Counted from the first letter of the stretch, positions 46,900 to 57,849 are shown. The stretch: DNA of 64,000 bases from an uncultured delta proteobacterium (GCA_963731045.1 CAVSVC010000010.1:74630-138629); one strand, 5' to 3'. A program made the numbers and translations. Notes: generated by a model from the sequence alone, not told the origin.

Positions 46900-49800
46900 A
46901 TGAGCCAAAGCAGAAAATGGTTCTTTCTCTGGATCCTGATTCCGATTCTGGCCGTCGGCATTCTGCTCTTCATCTCCGTCTCTCATCTCCTCGACCCTGC
47001 CCTTTACGGGAAAATGCTCCAGGAGGCGGTGGGCAGAGAGATTGGAAGGGAGGTCACGATCGGAAAAACGAAGGTGAACGTCTGGGGAGGACTCGGAATC
47101 GCTTTTGAAGATTTCAGAGTCAAAGACCTCTCCGGTGGTTTTGATTTCCTTCAAGCCAGGAAGCTGATCGCAACGGTCAAGCTGAAGCCCCTGATCAGAA
47201 AAGAGGTGAAGTGGCGGGAGATCATTCTTGATTCGCCGAACCTCCATCTCGTCAGGGATAAGCAGGGACGATTCAACTTCGCGGATGCCTCTCTGACGCC
47301 GGAGGACCTGAAAGCATCCCAGCAGAAGCTGTTTCGCGCGCTTGCGACGTTGTTCGGAGGGTCCTTCACGGTTCGCAACGGCACGCTCCGCTTTTCAGAC
47401 GAATTCGTTGGAGAAAGCCCTCTCGTCACCGAACTGAGGGCATTCACCCTGAACCTGTCCGGGGTATCCTACGAGAAGCCGTTCCCCTTTCTCTTCTACG
47501 GCAAGATGGTTCATTCAAACAGGGAGGGTAAATTCTCTTTCAGCGGAACGATCGGGGATATTCCGGAAGATATGGACTTTGCCAAGGGAAGAATCAAAGC
47601 GGAAGTCGAGACCAAAGGGATCGATCTCTCTCACTTCTGGCCCTATCTCAGGACACGGCTTCCCATGAAAGCAGTCGCAGGGGTTTTTGATCTGGAGGGA
47701 AACTACCAGGGGAGGTTCTCAGGAGGGTTTAAGACCTCGGCAAGAATCCGTGTCCGGGATGTGGTCTACGACCATCCCCAGGTCTTCGCTCAGACGTTCA
47801 CTCCCAAACGGGTCAATCTCGATTTCCAGATGAACTCTGATTCAACGAACTTCGACGTTCCCGACTTTTCCATCGAACTCCCCGAATTCTGGGTAAAAGG
47901 AAAAGGAAGGTTCTACGGAATCGGAACGAAGGAGATGGGCATGGAAGCGGAGGCCCGGACCGGTCCGTTTGACCTCTCGGATGGAAGGCGGTACATCCCC
48001 TACAGGATCATTGCCAAAGAAGTGTCCGACCATCTCTTCACTTCGGAGGGAAGCGGCTCTGTCCAGATCGTTTCGGCCAGGCTTGCCGGAAAGATGGAGG
48101 AAATCGAGCATTGTGACCTCCTGCAACATGCTCATACCCTTTCGGCGGAGGTGAAACTCAATAAGGTCCGTTTGCGCCTACCCTGGACATCTACCGCCCT
48201 TCGAGAATCTCAAGGGGAACCTTTTGTTCAAGGAGGGTCACCTGAACCTGACGGAGATGAGCGGCAGTTTTTTCCACTCCAGCATGGAGAGAGCGAAGGG
48301 CATTTTTCTTCGCCTGCTGCACGTCCCAACGCTTCAATACAGCAGCGAGGGGGAGCTCGATCTGAGCGACCTCCCCGCCCTGGAGAAAATAGAGGGTTTT
48401 TCGGCTGAACGGATTTTTGGGGGCTTCCGCCGCATTGCCGGAAAGGCCGATTACAAACTCTCCTTCAAGGCGGAACTCAGGACCCCAATCGATTTTCAGC
48501 ACCAGGGGGTCTACGACCTTTCCAACGTGCAACTCCAGCATCCAAGGATCCCCTTTCCCTTGTCCATTCCGGACGGAAAGATCGATTACTCCAGCGACGG
48601 GGGGGTGTGGACCGGGGTCCGATTGGCCTTCGGGGATTCCTCCTTCTCCATGAACGGCCGATGGAAAAAGGGATCGAAGGGGGAACCTTTTGGAATCTCA
48701 GCCAAAGGCAGGCTTGATCTCAAGAACCTGATCCCCCTCGCAGACTCCCCTTCTTTTCCCGAGGGAATCCGGCAGAAGATGAAATCCCTCGACATCCTTT
48801 CCGGGAAGGGGGACTTCTCATTCAAGGGGCAGGGCCCCGAAGGGCTCCGGTTCTCATCCTACGAGGGAGAATGGGTCCCGAAGGAGAACCAGATTCAGTT
48901 GAAAGGAACATCCTCTCCGCTGATGGTCAGAGAGGGTTCTCTCTCCTTTTCGAATTCGGGTCTCCATTTTTCAAAGTTGAAGATCCAATACAGGGACCTT
49001 CCCCTCACCCTGGAAGGCTCCATGAACGCCAAAACCATGACCCTGGATACAACGGGTTCCATCGATCTGAGCTACGTGATGGCTGTTCTTCAATCGCCTC
49101 TCCTATCCGATGTCGTCTCTTCCCGGCCGGATGAGATCCGCGAACTGCGCGGTGAGGCCGCCGTGCGTCTGAGATGGTCCGGAAGCATCGATGACTGGAT
49201 TCATGCCATCAGGGAGGGCGAGATCAGGGTGAAAGGAGCGACCCTCCGTCACCAGGGGATTTCTTTCCCCCTTTCGGGGGTCGAAGGCCTGTTCCGTTTC
49301 TCTCCGGAACAGATACGATTCGAGGGATTGAAGAGGGAGCCTGGGAGGCACATCCCTCACGGCCTCGGGGGCTGTCTCCCGCCTCGGGCTTGCTCCCGGA
49401 AGCCCTTCTTCCGTTCCTTCCGCTCCCCGCTCTCTCTCGTTTCAGGTCGCCTCGCCCCAAATCGACCTCGATGCCCTTTTCCCCGCGAGAGAAGGGACAT
49501 CTTTATCCTCGCAACCGTTCCTGAGAAGACTCAGGGATTGGCTTTCCACTTGGAATCTGGACGGCCGGATTGATGTGGAGAAATGGAAGTACCGGGATTC
49601 TCTCTTTCAGGATGTGAAGGTGGAGATGAAGACGGTTGATGGTAGATTACAGTTCCGCACCTTTCAGCTCAGAGGAGACGGGGGAGACCTTTGGGGTGAG
49701 GGATGGGTTGAGCCCACGGAAAAAGGGGTGAGATTCGAGACGAAACCCCGCATCTCCAATATGGACGCAAAGCCTTTTCTGCGGATCCTCCTTCAAAAAG

Positions 49801-50408
49801 GGAAGGAAGAGAGAATCGATATCCGTGGAAGGATGAATATCAACAAGGTGGAACTGAGGGGAGAGGGAGAGGATTTTCAAAAAGTGAAAGAGTCCCTGAA
49901 CGGAATGCTGAGACTGACGCTCGAAAACGGAGTGATCGAGCGGTGGAACATCCTCTCAAAGATTTTTTCCGTCTTGAATGTCTCTCAGCTCCTGATGGGC
50001 CGATTGCCGGATCTCAAGAGCAAGGGCCTCCCCTTTCATCAGATCTCCGCGAATGTTCTTATCAAGGACGGTGTTGCCACGACAGAGGATCTTTTTGTTG
50101 ACAGCGATGCCATCCGGATCACCCTCGCCGGCGGCATCGATCTGGGCAAAGGGACTATCGACGCAAAAATAGGCGTTCATCCCCTGGTCACGGTGGATAC
50201 GTTATTGAGTAAGATTCCAATTGTGGGATACATCCTCACCGGCAATGAAAAGGCCTTCATCTCTTACTACTACGAAGTCAAAGGCGATCTGGAGGATCCC
50301 AGGATCGAGGCCATCCCGATCAAGGCGTTGGGCGAAGGATTCCTGGGATTTGTGAAACGTCTTCTCGAAACGCCCCTGAGGCCCTTCCAGAAATCCCCGG
50401 GTCCTTGA
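46900..50408 (+). pseudogene. AsmA/YhdP-family large envelope protein, frame broken twice
   Basis: ORFs 46900..48408, 48224..49573 and 49575..50408. N-terminal anchor plus AsmA-like start, and C-terminal IPIVGYILTG...YYYEVKGDLEDP. Apparent extra bases lie in the C3 run at 48181-48183 and the G3 run at 49335-49337. Confidence 0.75.
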
Positions 50409-50488
50409 CCCGATTCTTGTGGAATTGGGTTTGTTCGGTCAAGGGTTAAAAAAATCTTTTCACAAATCCGTTTTTCCCCATTTTTCTC

Positions 50489-50543
50489 TTGACAAGACAC
50501 GACATGTTGGTGTAAAAACTTTAAAGCATACTAAATGTAGCCC
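50489..50543 (+). promoter_or_regulatory. nrdD promoter with tandem NrdR boxes
   Basis: TTGACA(50489-50494), then box ACACGACATGTTGGTG (50497-50512), then TAAAAA (50513-50518). A second box ATACTAAATGTAGCCC lies at 50528-50543, 31 bp further on. Its core CTAAATGT is shared with the distal nrdJ box. Confidence 0.5.
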
Positions 50544-50592
50544 CTCTTTAAGGCTTTCCTCTCTGATAAACTTCGAGACAAGGTGGAAAAAA

Positions 50593-52734
50593 ATGTCAAA
50601 AGTGATTGAACTGCAAGGCGAACGTATCGGATTTAGGGAAGAAGTCGAGACCACGGACATGGCCCTTTTTGTCCGGACATCCGATGAATCCATGCACGGC
50701 TGGGACCGTCAGAGGATCGTCGATGCCCTGGTCCGGGAGACCTATGTCGATTTCGATACGGCAAAAGAGATCGCACAGGAAGTGGAGGAGCTCATTGCCA
50801 CGTCCAAGATCAGAATGGTCACAGCCCCTCTGATCCGCGAGCTGGTGGACGCAAAACTGATTGAACGAGGTCTTGAGCAAGCCCGCAGGATGCACACCCG
50901 TCTCGGCATGCCTCTCTTTGATGTGGACCAGCTCATCCTCCATCCGAATAAGGAGAATGCGAATGTCCCCCACGGGCCCGAGGCGACCAATCTGACGCTC
51001 GCAGAAAGGATCAAAAAGGAGTATGCCCTCCTCTCCGTCTTTTCCCAGGAAGTGGCCGACGCCCATATGCGCGGCGACCTTCACCTGCACGACCTGGGGT
51101 TTATAGATCGGCCTTACTGCAGCGGCCAATCGCTTGAATATATCAAGAAGTTCGGACTGAGTCTTCCCAATTCGATTGCCATGGCCAAACCCGCCAAACA
51201 CTCGGAGGTTCTGCTTGCCCACATGGTGAAGTTTGCCGCGGCCCTTCAGAGCCACTTCGCAGGCGCCATCGGGTGGGACTCCGTCAATCTCTTCTTCGCT
51301 CCCTACATCGTCGGCATGTCCAACCGCGATGTGGAACAGCTGGCCCAGATGATGATCTTTGAGTTTTCCCAGCAGGCCGTCGCCAGGGGAGGCCAGGCCA
51401 TCTTTACGGATCTCAACCTCTACTGGGAGGTTCCAAAACATTTTGAGAAGGTCCCGGCCATCGGCCCGGGAGGGGAGTTGACGGGCAAGACGTACGGGGA
51501 ATACGAAAAAGAGGCCCAGCGTTTTGCGTGGTCCCTCTTCGACGTTTACATGCACGGAGATGGTTCCGGAAGACCCTTTTTCTTCCCGAAGCCGATGGTC
51601 CACATCACGGAGAAATTTTTCAAAACCCCCGGCCATATGGATTTCCTCAACCATATCTGTGACATCTCCGCCGAGAAGGGAAACACCTATTTCGTCTTTG
51701 ACCGCGGTGAGACGGCCAAGATCTCTGAGTGCTGCCGTCTCAGCTTCAAGCTGGATCAATCGGACCTGGAGGATGCAAAGCAGCCGTGGAAGATGCGCTA
51801 CTGTGCTCTTCAGAATGTCACCCTCAATCTGCCCCGGATCGCCTACCTTTCTAAAAAGGAGGATACCCTGCTTTTTTCAAAAATCGCCGAGTTTCTGGAG
51901 GTGGCGGTCAAAGCCCATCTCGAGAAGAAACTCTTCATCGAGAAACTTCTCTCTCTGGGAGAGAAGGGCCCTCTCGCGCTCCTCGCCATGGATCGGGATG
52001 GCTCTCCTTATCTCCGGATGCACCGGGCCAGTTTTCTCATCGGGATGGTGGGACTCAATGAACTCGTCCAGATCCACACGGGCCAGGAGCTGCACCAGTC
52101 CAGAGACGCCTTCAAGTTCGGCCTCAAGGTGATCGCTCACATGAAACTCCTGATTGACAAATTCAGCCAGCGCTATGGAATGAGATTCGTTCTGGAACAG
52201 ACCCCTGCGGAATCCACGGCCTACCGTTTTGCCAAACTGGATCTGACCTATCATTCGCCTGCCTCCGGCCACATCGTCAAGGGAGATATTTCAAGAGGAG
52301 AAGTCTATTACACCAATTCCACCTATCTGAACAACTCTGCCGTTCTCAACCCCATTGAACGGGTCAGGCAGGAAGGACTCTTTCATCCCCTGATTGAAGC
52401 CGGATCCCTCACACACATCTGGCTGGGGGAATCCAGACCTTCCAGCGCCTCTCTGTCGAACTTCGTCATCAAGACCTTTCAATCCACTCAGAATGACCAG
52501 ATCGCCTTCTCCCCCGAATTTACAACCTGCAACCTCTGCCACAGAACGAGCCGGGGCCTCCGGACGAAGTGCGACTACTGCGGCTCGGAGGATGTGGACG
52601 GCATTACCCGCATCACCGGCTATTTCACCAAGGTGTCGAGTTGGAACAAGGGCAAACTGGGAGAACTGCGGAACCGGTATCGAAATCAGGCCTTCTTGGA
52701 ACCGGGAGAAGGAAAAGGGGTAGTGAACAATTAG
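50593..52734 (+). CDS. nrdD: Anaerobic (class III) ribonucleoside-triphosphate reductase
   Basis: ORF 50419..52734, start ATG 50593 (SD AAGGTGG). C-terminal Zn site CNLC...CDYCG and glycyl-radical motif RITGY. Confidence 0.9.
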   Translation: MSKVIELQGERIGFREEVETTDMALFVRTSDESMHGWDRQRIVDALVRETYVDFDTAKEIAQEVEELIATSKIRMVTAPLIRELVDAKLIERGLEQARRMHTRLGMPLFDVDQLILHPNKENANVPHGPEATNLTLAERIKKEYALLSVFSQEVADAHMRGDLHLHDLGFIDRPYCSGQSLEYIKKFGLSLPNSIAMAKPAKHSEVLLAHMVKFAAALQSHFAGAIGWDSVNLFFAPYIVGMSNRDVEQLAQMMIFEFSQQAVARGGQAIFTDLNLYWEVPKHFEKVPAIGPGGELTGKTYGEYEKEAQRFAWSLFDVYMHGDGSGRPFFFPKPMVHITEKFFKTPGHMDFLNHICDISAEKGNTYFVFDRGETAKISECCRLSFKLDQSDLEDAKQPWKMRYCALQNVTLNLPRIAYLSKKEDTLLFSKIAEFLEVAVKAHLEKKLFIEKLLSLGEKGPLALLAMDRDGSPYLRMHRASFLIGMVGLNELVQIHTGQELHQSRDAFKFGLKVIAHMKLLIDKFSQRYGMRFVLEQTPAESTAYRFAKLDLTYHSPASGHIVKGDISRGEVYYTNSTYLNNSAVLNPIERVRQEGLFHPLIEAGSLTHIWLGESRPSSASLSNFVIKTFQSTQNDQIAFSPEFTTCNLCHRTSRGLRTKCDYCGSEDVDGITRITGYFTKVSSWNKGKLGELRNRYRNQAFLEPGEGKGVVNN

Positions 52735-52752
52735 CAATGAGCAATGACGGAA

Positions 52753-52863
52753 ACGGTAAGGGTGACGAAGCCCGTATCGTCGGTCGGTTAGGTCATGGGT
52801 CTTTAACACTTGCTGTAACCAGCGGACTCTTGACGAAACGGGCTTCTCAGCCGTAACCTTCAC
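52753..52863. repeat. Approximately 110-bp long-palindrome (MITE/REP-like) element, copy A
   Basis: ACGGTAAGGGTGACGAAGCCCGTATCGTCGGTCGGTTAGGTC....GACGAAACGGGCTTCTCAGCCGTAACCTTCAC. The inner 15-bp arms are GAAGCCCGTATCGTC and GACGAAACGGGCTTC. It is homologous to 59220-59323. Confidence 0.6.
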
Positions 52864-52893
52864 AATGACCATCGAGTTTTTTCAGGAGGGAAC

Positions 52894-53160
52894 ATGGGCC
52901 TGGTCAAGATTTTCACAAAAGCAAAATGTCCTAAGTGTCCGGCAGCCAAGCAAATTTTGGCGGAATTGAAGAAGGAAGGTGTTTCTGTCCATCATTACGA
53001 TCTGGATACCATCGACGGCCTCGCAGAAGCCTCCTTTTACGGGATCCTTTCCACCCCCTCCATCCTGATTGAAGATGGGGAGGAAAAGGAAATTGCAGGC
53101 TGGAGAGGGGCCACCCCGACGCTCCAGGAGGTGAAGCAGCATCTCCAGGCCATCCGATGA
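52894..53160 (+). CDS. Glutaredoxin/NrdH-like thioredoxin-fold protein (CPKC)
   Basis: ORF 52894..53160, SD AGGAGGG. KIFTKAKCPKCPAAKQIL. It lies between nrdD and nrdG. Confidence 0.8.
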   Translation: MGLVKIFTKAKCPKCPAAKQILAELKKEGVSVHHYDLDTIDGLAEASFYGILSTPSILIEDGEEKEIAGWRGATPTLQEVKQHLQAIR

Positions 53161-53325
53161 AGCGTCAGGCGCCTCAAACCTTCAATCTCAAACGAACTCC
53201 GATTTTCGAACCCCAGGGGAAGCCGCGTATTGCCTGTAAAATATGCCAAATAATCGCTCAGTGAAGGTTTGGAAGCACACCCAACCGCGTAAGGAAACGC
53301 AATGTTAAGGTGAACTGTCGCAGCG

Positions 53326-54006
53326 ATGATTGATATCAAAGGATTTCTTGAAACCTCCTTCGTAGACTGGCCCGGAAAGATTTGTTCCGTCCTTTTTCTG
53401 CCTTACTGCAATCTTCGGTGCCCATACTGCCACAACGCCGCCCTCGTTTCTCATCCGGAGCAGCTTGCTTCGATTCCCATCCGGGATATCCTGGACCGTC
53501 TTTCATCCTTTCAGGGGTGGATTGACGGCATCTGCCTCACTGGAGGAGAACCCACCCTACACACCCGTCTTCCCCTGCTGATCAAGGAGATCAGGCGAAA
53601 AGGGTTTCTGGTCAAGCTGGACACAAACGGGACGCATCCGGAACTTCTGGAGAAGTTGATCCGTGAAGGGCAGCTCGATTATGTCGCCATGGATGTGAAA
53701 GCTCCGCTCGATCCTCTGCGGTACAGGCGTGCCGCGGGCGTTCCCGTGGATCTCGATCTTATTCGGGAATCGATTGAAATCATCAAGCGAGCGGGGGTCG
53801 AATACCACTTTCGACTTACCGTTGTCCCGGGAATCCACAAAAAGGAAGACATCCAGATGCTGGCGGACCAGCTGAGGGCGGGGAAGCGGCTCGTTCTCCA
53901 GAACTTCAATCCGGAGAATCCTCTCGATCCCAAGCTCAAAGGCCTTTTTCCATTCGACCTCAGCATGCTGAGGGAAGTGGAGAGGGAAATCCAGGCGATG
54001 ATCTGA
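53326..54006 (+). CDS. nrdG: Anaerobic RNR activating radical SAM enzyme
   Basis: ORF 53326..54006. CNLRCPYCHN and GICLTGGEP. Confidence 0.9.
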   Translation: MIDIKGFLETSFVDWPGKICSVLFLPYCNLRCPYCHNAALVSHPEQLASIPIRDILDRLSSFQGWIDGICLTGGEPTLHTRLPLLIKEIRRKGFLVKLDTNGTHPELLEKLIREGQLDYVAMDVKAPLDPLRYRRAAGVPVDLDLIRESIEIIKRAGVEYHFRLTVVPGIHKKEDIQMLADQLRAGKRLVLQNFNPENPLDPKLKGLFPFDLSMLREVEREIQAMI

Positions 54007-54031
54007 CCCATTTCAGACAACAGATTGCAGG

Positions 54032-55096
54032 TTGAAGAGTCTAAAGTCTGGAAATAAGGTGAAAGAAACGCCGAGATTTCCCTCCAAGACGTCGGTAAGA
54101 ATGGACCCTTTAGAGAAAGAAATCCTTCTTCTACGATCGATCTATGAAAGTACCCAGGACCCCGTCATCGTTCTGAACGGAAAGGGTGAATTCCTGAGCG
54201 TCAACCCGAAAGGAATGGAAGCCTTCGGTTACCGCTGGGAAGAGCTCCGGCAGATGGCCTTTTGGGGCCTTTTCGCCGACGAGGATCGTGACAGAATGAG
54301 AAACGGGATCGAGGAGATCGAGACGGGAAAGGCGGCGCAATTCCGGACCCATCTCCTCACACGTTTGGGCGGAAAGATCCCGGTTGAGTTCTTTGGATCT
54401 CTGAAGGGAGAATTTCTGCTCATTACCCTGAAGGACTTGAGAGAGAAGATCCGGATCGAGGAACAGATCGAGAGTATCAAGATGGACTTCGCAAGACAGA
54501 TTGAGGAAAGAGATCAGTTTGCCCGTGAGTTGCAGGCCGTCAGAGATCTCTACCGGGAGAAGATGAAAGAGATCGAGGCCATGAGGGAGGAAGCCGTCCG
54601 CCTCTCCTATATCGACGATCTGACGGGCATCTACAACCACCGTTTTTTTATCGAGCAACTCACGATGGAAGTGCAGCGGCAAGCCCGCTATCCTGCTCCT
54701 CTTACCCTCTTGATGATCGATATCGACTATTTTAAACATTACAATGATACCAACGGCCACTTGGCAGGGGATCAGGCTTTAAAAGCGATCGCCCTCTTGA
54801 TCCAGCGCGGGGTCCGGCATACCGACATCGTGGCTCGATACGGAGGTGAAGAGTTTTCAGCCATTCTGATCAATACGGGAAAGCAGGGGGCCTTCGAGAT
54901 TGCGGAGCGGGTGAGGAAGAAGGTGGCCGATACCCGCTTCCCCAACGAGCAGGCACAGCCCAACGAGGACCTGACGGTCAGTATCGGTGTCGGGTCCTTT
55001 TTGCCCCCGATTGCGACACTCACCGACCTCATTCGGGATGCGGATAATGCCCTCTATCGCGCCAAGAGAGCGGGTCGGAACCGGATCGAGGGATAG
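54032..55096 (+). CDS. PAS-GGDEF diguanylate cyclase
   Basis: ORF 54032..55096 (TTG; alternative ATG at 54101). PAS, coiled coil, and an active-site RYGGEEF. Confidence 0.85.
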   Translation: MKSLKSGNKVKETPRFPSKTSVRMDPLEKEILLLRSIYESTQDPVIVLNGKGEFLSVNPKGMEAFGYRWEELRQMAFWGLFADEDRDRMRNGIEEIETGKAAQFRTHLLTRLGGKIPVEFFGSLKGEFLLITLKDLREKIRIEEQIESIKMDFARQIEERDQFARELQAVRDLYREKMKEIEAMREEAVRLSYIDDLTGIYNHRFFIEQLTMEVQRQARYPAPLTLLMIDIDYFKHYNDTNGHLAGDQALKAIALLIQRGVRHTDIVARYGGEEFSAILINTGKQGAFEIAERVRKKVADTRFPNEQAQPNEDLTVSIGVGSFLPPIATLTDLIRDADNALYRAKRAGRNRIEG

Positions 55097-55097
55097 C

Positions 55098-55487
55098 GTG
55101 AAGGCCCTTCTGGTGGTTGCGGCGCTGATTGCCGACGAAGAACGGATCCTCGTCACCCGGAGAAAGAAAGACGCATCCTACGGTCTCTTCTGGGAATTCC
55201 CCGGCGGAAAGATCGAAAAGGATGAAGAGCCCAGGCAGGCCCTGCGCAGGGAACTGGAGGAAGAACTGGGAATTCGTGTCGAGGTTCGGGATCTCTTCGA
55301 TGTCGTTTTTCACGACGATTTCGCCTCTTCCGTTCTTCTTTTGATTTACCGCTGCCGAATCGAGGAAGGCATCCCCGAACCTCTGGGGTGTCACGAACTC
55401 CGATGGGTTAAACCCCAGGAGATCGCGGGGCTCCGGATGCCGCCCGCTGATCAATCCATCCAGAAACGATTGTCTTCTCACGGATGA
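55098..55487 (+). CDS. NUDIX hydrolase, MutT-like
   Basis: GTG 55098 sits just after the GGDEF stop. Nudix box GGKIEKDEEPRQALRRELEEELGI. Confidence 0.8.
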   Translation: MKALLVVAALIADEERILVTRRKKDASYGLFWEFPGGKIEKDEEPRQALRRELEEELGIRVEVRDLFDVVFHDDFASSVLLLIYRCRIEEGIPEPLGCHELRWVKPQEIAGLRMPPADQSIQKRLSSHG

Positions 55488-55598
55488 CAGCGCGATCGCG
55501 GCTTTCCGGGGAGGTTTTACGCCCTGAAGGGCGGGTTTACGGATCAGACATCGGAGCTGTCTTGATCCGGTTGAAAGAGCGAGCATCCTGAGGGTGGG

Positions 55599-56474
55599 TT
55601 GGCCATGGAGAAGGACCGGGGGGAACGATACGCTGCAAGCCTGGAACGCACCGTCAAGAACGACTATCTCTATCTCAAAACCGCCCTGGATGATTTCCAG
55701 GAGATGTGCCGGATGGTGACTCCCGAGAGGAATGTTCCCCAGGGGATCATCGTCGACATCCGTGAAATGTATAAAGAAATTCGAGGCAGGCTGACCGAGA
55801 TCAAGGCCATTCAGCAACTCATTCAAGGCAAGTATCGCCAATACTACCACCGGGACAGCGTGAGAGACAAGGAGATCCTGGAGTTCGGCTTTGTTGCAAA
55901 GAACTGCTATTCCAAATTCGAATATGTCCTGAAGCAGAAACTGGCTCAGGGGAGAATGAAGACCGGGCTCAAAGAACCCGGCCCCAAGGAGCCGGTCTCC
56001 CGCGAGAAGGACGACGACCTTTCTCCCTGCTGGTTCCATTCCGGAGAAAATCAAATCGGCCTCGCCAAGAATCTCCGCACACTCACAGAACTGGATTATG
56101 AGCATGCTTCCGGATCGGAAAATGTGGAGAGACGCGATCTCGGCACCGAAAGAAGCCTTACCCTCTTCCTCCTCAAGGGAGATCCTTCCACTCTGGACGA
56201 CCTACTGTCCCGGATTCGCTTCAGAGAGCATGATATCATCGAGAGGACCCGGCCGGATGAGGTTCGAGGAACGTTGGCTCATCTGAAGAAGGTTCTTCCT
56301 TCCGAGATCGAGGGCATCTTCCAGCGCCTGGTGAAGGACAGAGGGTTTTCGCATTTGAGATGTCTGCTCCTTCCCGTTCACGCCCAACAGGATCTCGAAA
56401 GCGACCGGTTCAGCAGGGTGGAGTCTCTTCTTGCCGAAATGAAAGAAGGAGAAGTAAAGATCCTTTCGATTTGA
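55599..56474 (+). CDS. Hypothetical soluble protein, 291 aa, no recognised domain
   Basis: ORF 55599..56474. The K/E/R-rich composition is coding-like. The longer antisense ORF 55029..56105 overlaps mutT and looks like a shadow. Confidence 0.55.
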   Translation: MAMEKDRGERYAASLERTVKNDYLYLKTALDDFQEMCRMVTPERNVPQGIIVDIREMYKEIRGRLTEIKAIQQLIQGKYRQYYHRDSVRDKEILEFGFVAKNCYSKFEYVLKQKLAQGRMKTGLKEPGPKEPVSREKDDDLSPCWFHSGENQIGLAKNLRTLTELDYEHASGSENVERRDLGTERSLTLFLLKGDPSTLDDLLSRIRFREHDIIERTRPDEVRGTLAHLKKVLPSEIEGIFQRLVKDRGFSHLRCLLLPVHAQQDLESDRFSRVESLLAEMKEGEVKILSI

Positions 56475-56595
56475 CACTCCTCCCCGTACGCGTTATAAGA
56501 AACCTTAGATCCGTTTTTCACGGTTTCACCCTTCCCGTCACCGGCCGAATGGTCGATAAACCATCTGTTCCTATCGAATTCAAAACGGGATTTCC

Positions 56596-57849
56596 ATGAT
56601 TCCTCCTCTCAAGGACTTCTACTTTTTCAGTGAATTTCTGAACCGCAAGGTCTTCAATCCCGCCGGCGAGAGGGTAGGCAGGGTCGTGGACCTGGTGGCC
56701 GAGAGGGGACAGGCTTATCCGATGATGATCGGTCTCGTCTTTCGACCGGGAAGAGGACAAAAACGGCTCTATCTTCCGTGGGGAGAAATCAGGCGTTTCG
56801 AGCCTGAAATCACGACGTCCGGAGAGGATCCGGGGGCCCTTCAGACCCGCTTCCCGGAGAAAGAGAGTGTGCTTCTCCGGGAAGAGGTCATGGATAAACA
56901 GATCGTAGACACCTACGGTGCAAAGGTGGTCCGGGTCAATGACCTCCACTTTCTCCGGATCGACTCACACCTCCGGTTGATCCATGTGGATGTGGGTTTT
57001 CGCGGCCTGATGAGAAGGGTGGGATGGGAGAAGGGGGTGGATAAACTGCTTCAACTGCTCTTCTCCTACGATCTTCCCAACCAGTTCATCTCGTGGAAAT
57101 ATGTTCAACTCCTTTCCGGCTCCGACCTCCTGCACCTCAGCGTCTCCCAGAAGAAACTCTCCCATCTTCATCCTGCAGACCTGGCCGATATCCTCGAGGA
57201 TCTCGGCGGCCGGGAGCGGTCCGCCGTCTTTCACGCACTGGACACGGAGACGGCGGCCGAGGCCCTGGAGGAGATCGATCCGAAAATACAGAAGGCCCTC
57301 ATCGAGACCATCCCCGTGGAAAGGGCCTCGGACATTATGGAAGAGATGTCTCCCAGCGATGCGGCCGACCTGCTGGCGGACCTTCCGGAAGAACGAGCGG
57401 AAGAGATCCTGGAGGAGATGGAGGAAGAAAGGGCCGAAGACCTGAGAGAGCTTCTTGTTCACCCGGATGAAACCGCGGGAGGATTGATGACGACGGCTTA
57501 CCTCAGCCTGAACCGCGAGGTGACCGTGGAGACGGCCATGTCAAAGTTGAAAGCGGAAGCCCCGAATCTCGATATTGTCGACTACATCTATGTCATCGAT
57601 GAAGAAGAGGTTCTCCAGGGAGTCGCCAGCATTCGGGACCTTTTCACGGCGCCGTCCCACCAACGCCTCTCACAGATCCAGACGTCGAGATTGGTCAGCG
57701 TCAGGCTCGACGAACATCAGAATGAGGTGGTGGAGGAATTCGTGAAGTACGGGTTCAAGGCCCTGCCCGTGGTGGATGACGCGAACCGTCTCAAGGGGGT
57801 CATCAGTTTTCAGAGCATCTTGCAGGTTCTGGCTCCGGAGGCAGGGTAG
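56596..57849 (+). CDS. Soluble PRC-barrel / MgtE-N / CBS-pair protein (MgtE cytosolic module without a membrane domain)
   Basis: ORF 56596..57849. MgtE_N acidic helices (LHPADLADILEDL...SPSDAADLLADLPEERAEEILEEM), then two CBS motifs. No TM segments. Confidence 0.85.
   Translation: MIPPLKDFYFFSEFLNRKVFNPAGERVGRVVDLVAERGQAYPMMIGLVFRPGRGQKRLYLPWGEIRRFEPEITTSGEDPGALQTRFPEKESVLLREEVMDKQIVDTYGAKVVRVNDLHFLRIDSHLRLIHVDVGFRGLMRRVGWEKGVDKLLQLLFSYDLPNQFISWKYVQLLSGSDLLHLSVSQKKLSHLHPADLADILEDLGGRERSAVFHALDTETAAEALEEIDPKIQKALIETIPVERASDIMEEMSPSDAADLLADLPEERAEEILEEMEEERAEDLRELLVHPDETAGGLMTTAYLSLNREVTVETAMSKLKAEAPNLDIVDYIYVIDEEEVLQGVASIRDLFTAPSHQRLSQIQTSRLVSVRLDEHQNEVVEEFVKYGFKALPVVDDANRLKGVISFQSILQVLAPEAG

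Noticed and set aside
53195-53225. GGGGTTCGAAAATC on the minus strand resembles a tRNA T-loop.
   Set aside because: The flanking bases cannot form a T-stem or an acceptor stem. No cloverleaf is possible, and I found no tRNA anywhere else in the window.
56475-56595. Possible M-box (Mg2+) riboswitch upstream of the MgtE-N / NRMT pair.
   Set aside because: The spacer is only about 120 nt and I could not find the conserved M-box core. This needs a covariance-model scan to exclude it formally.
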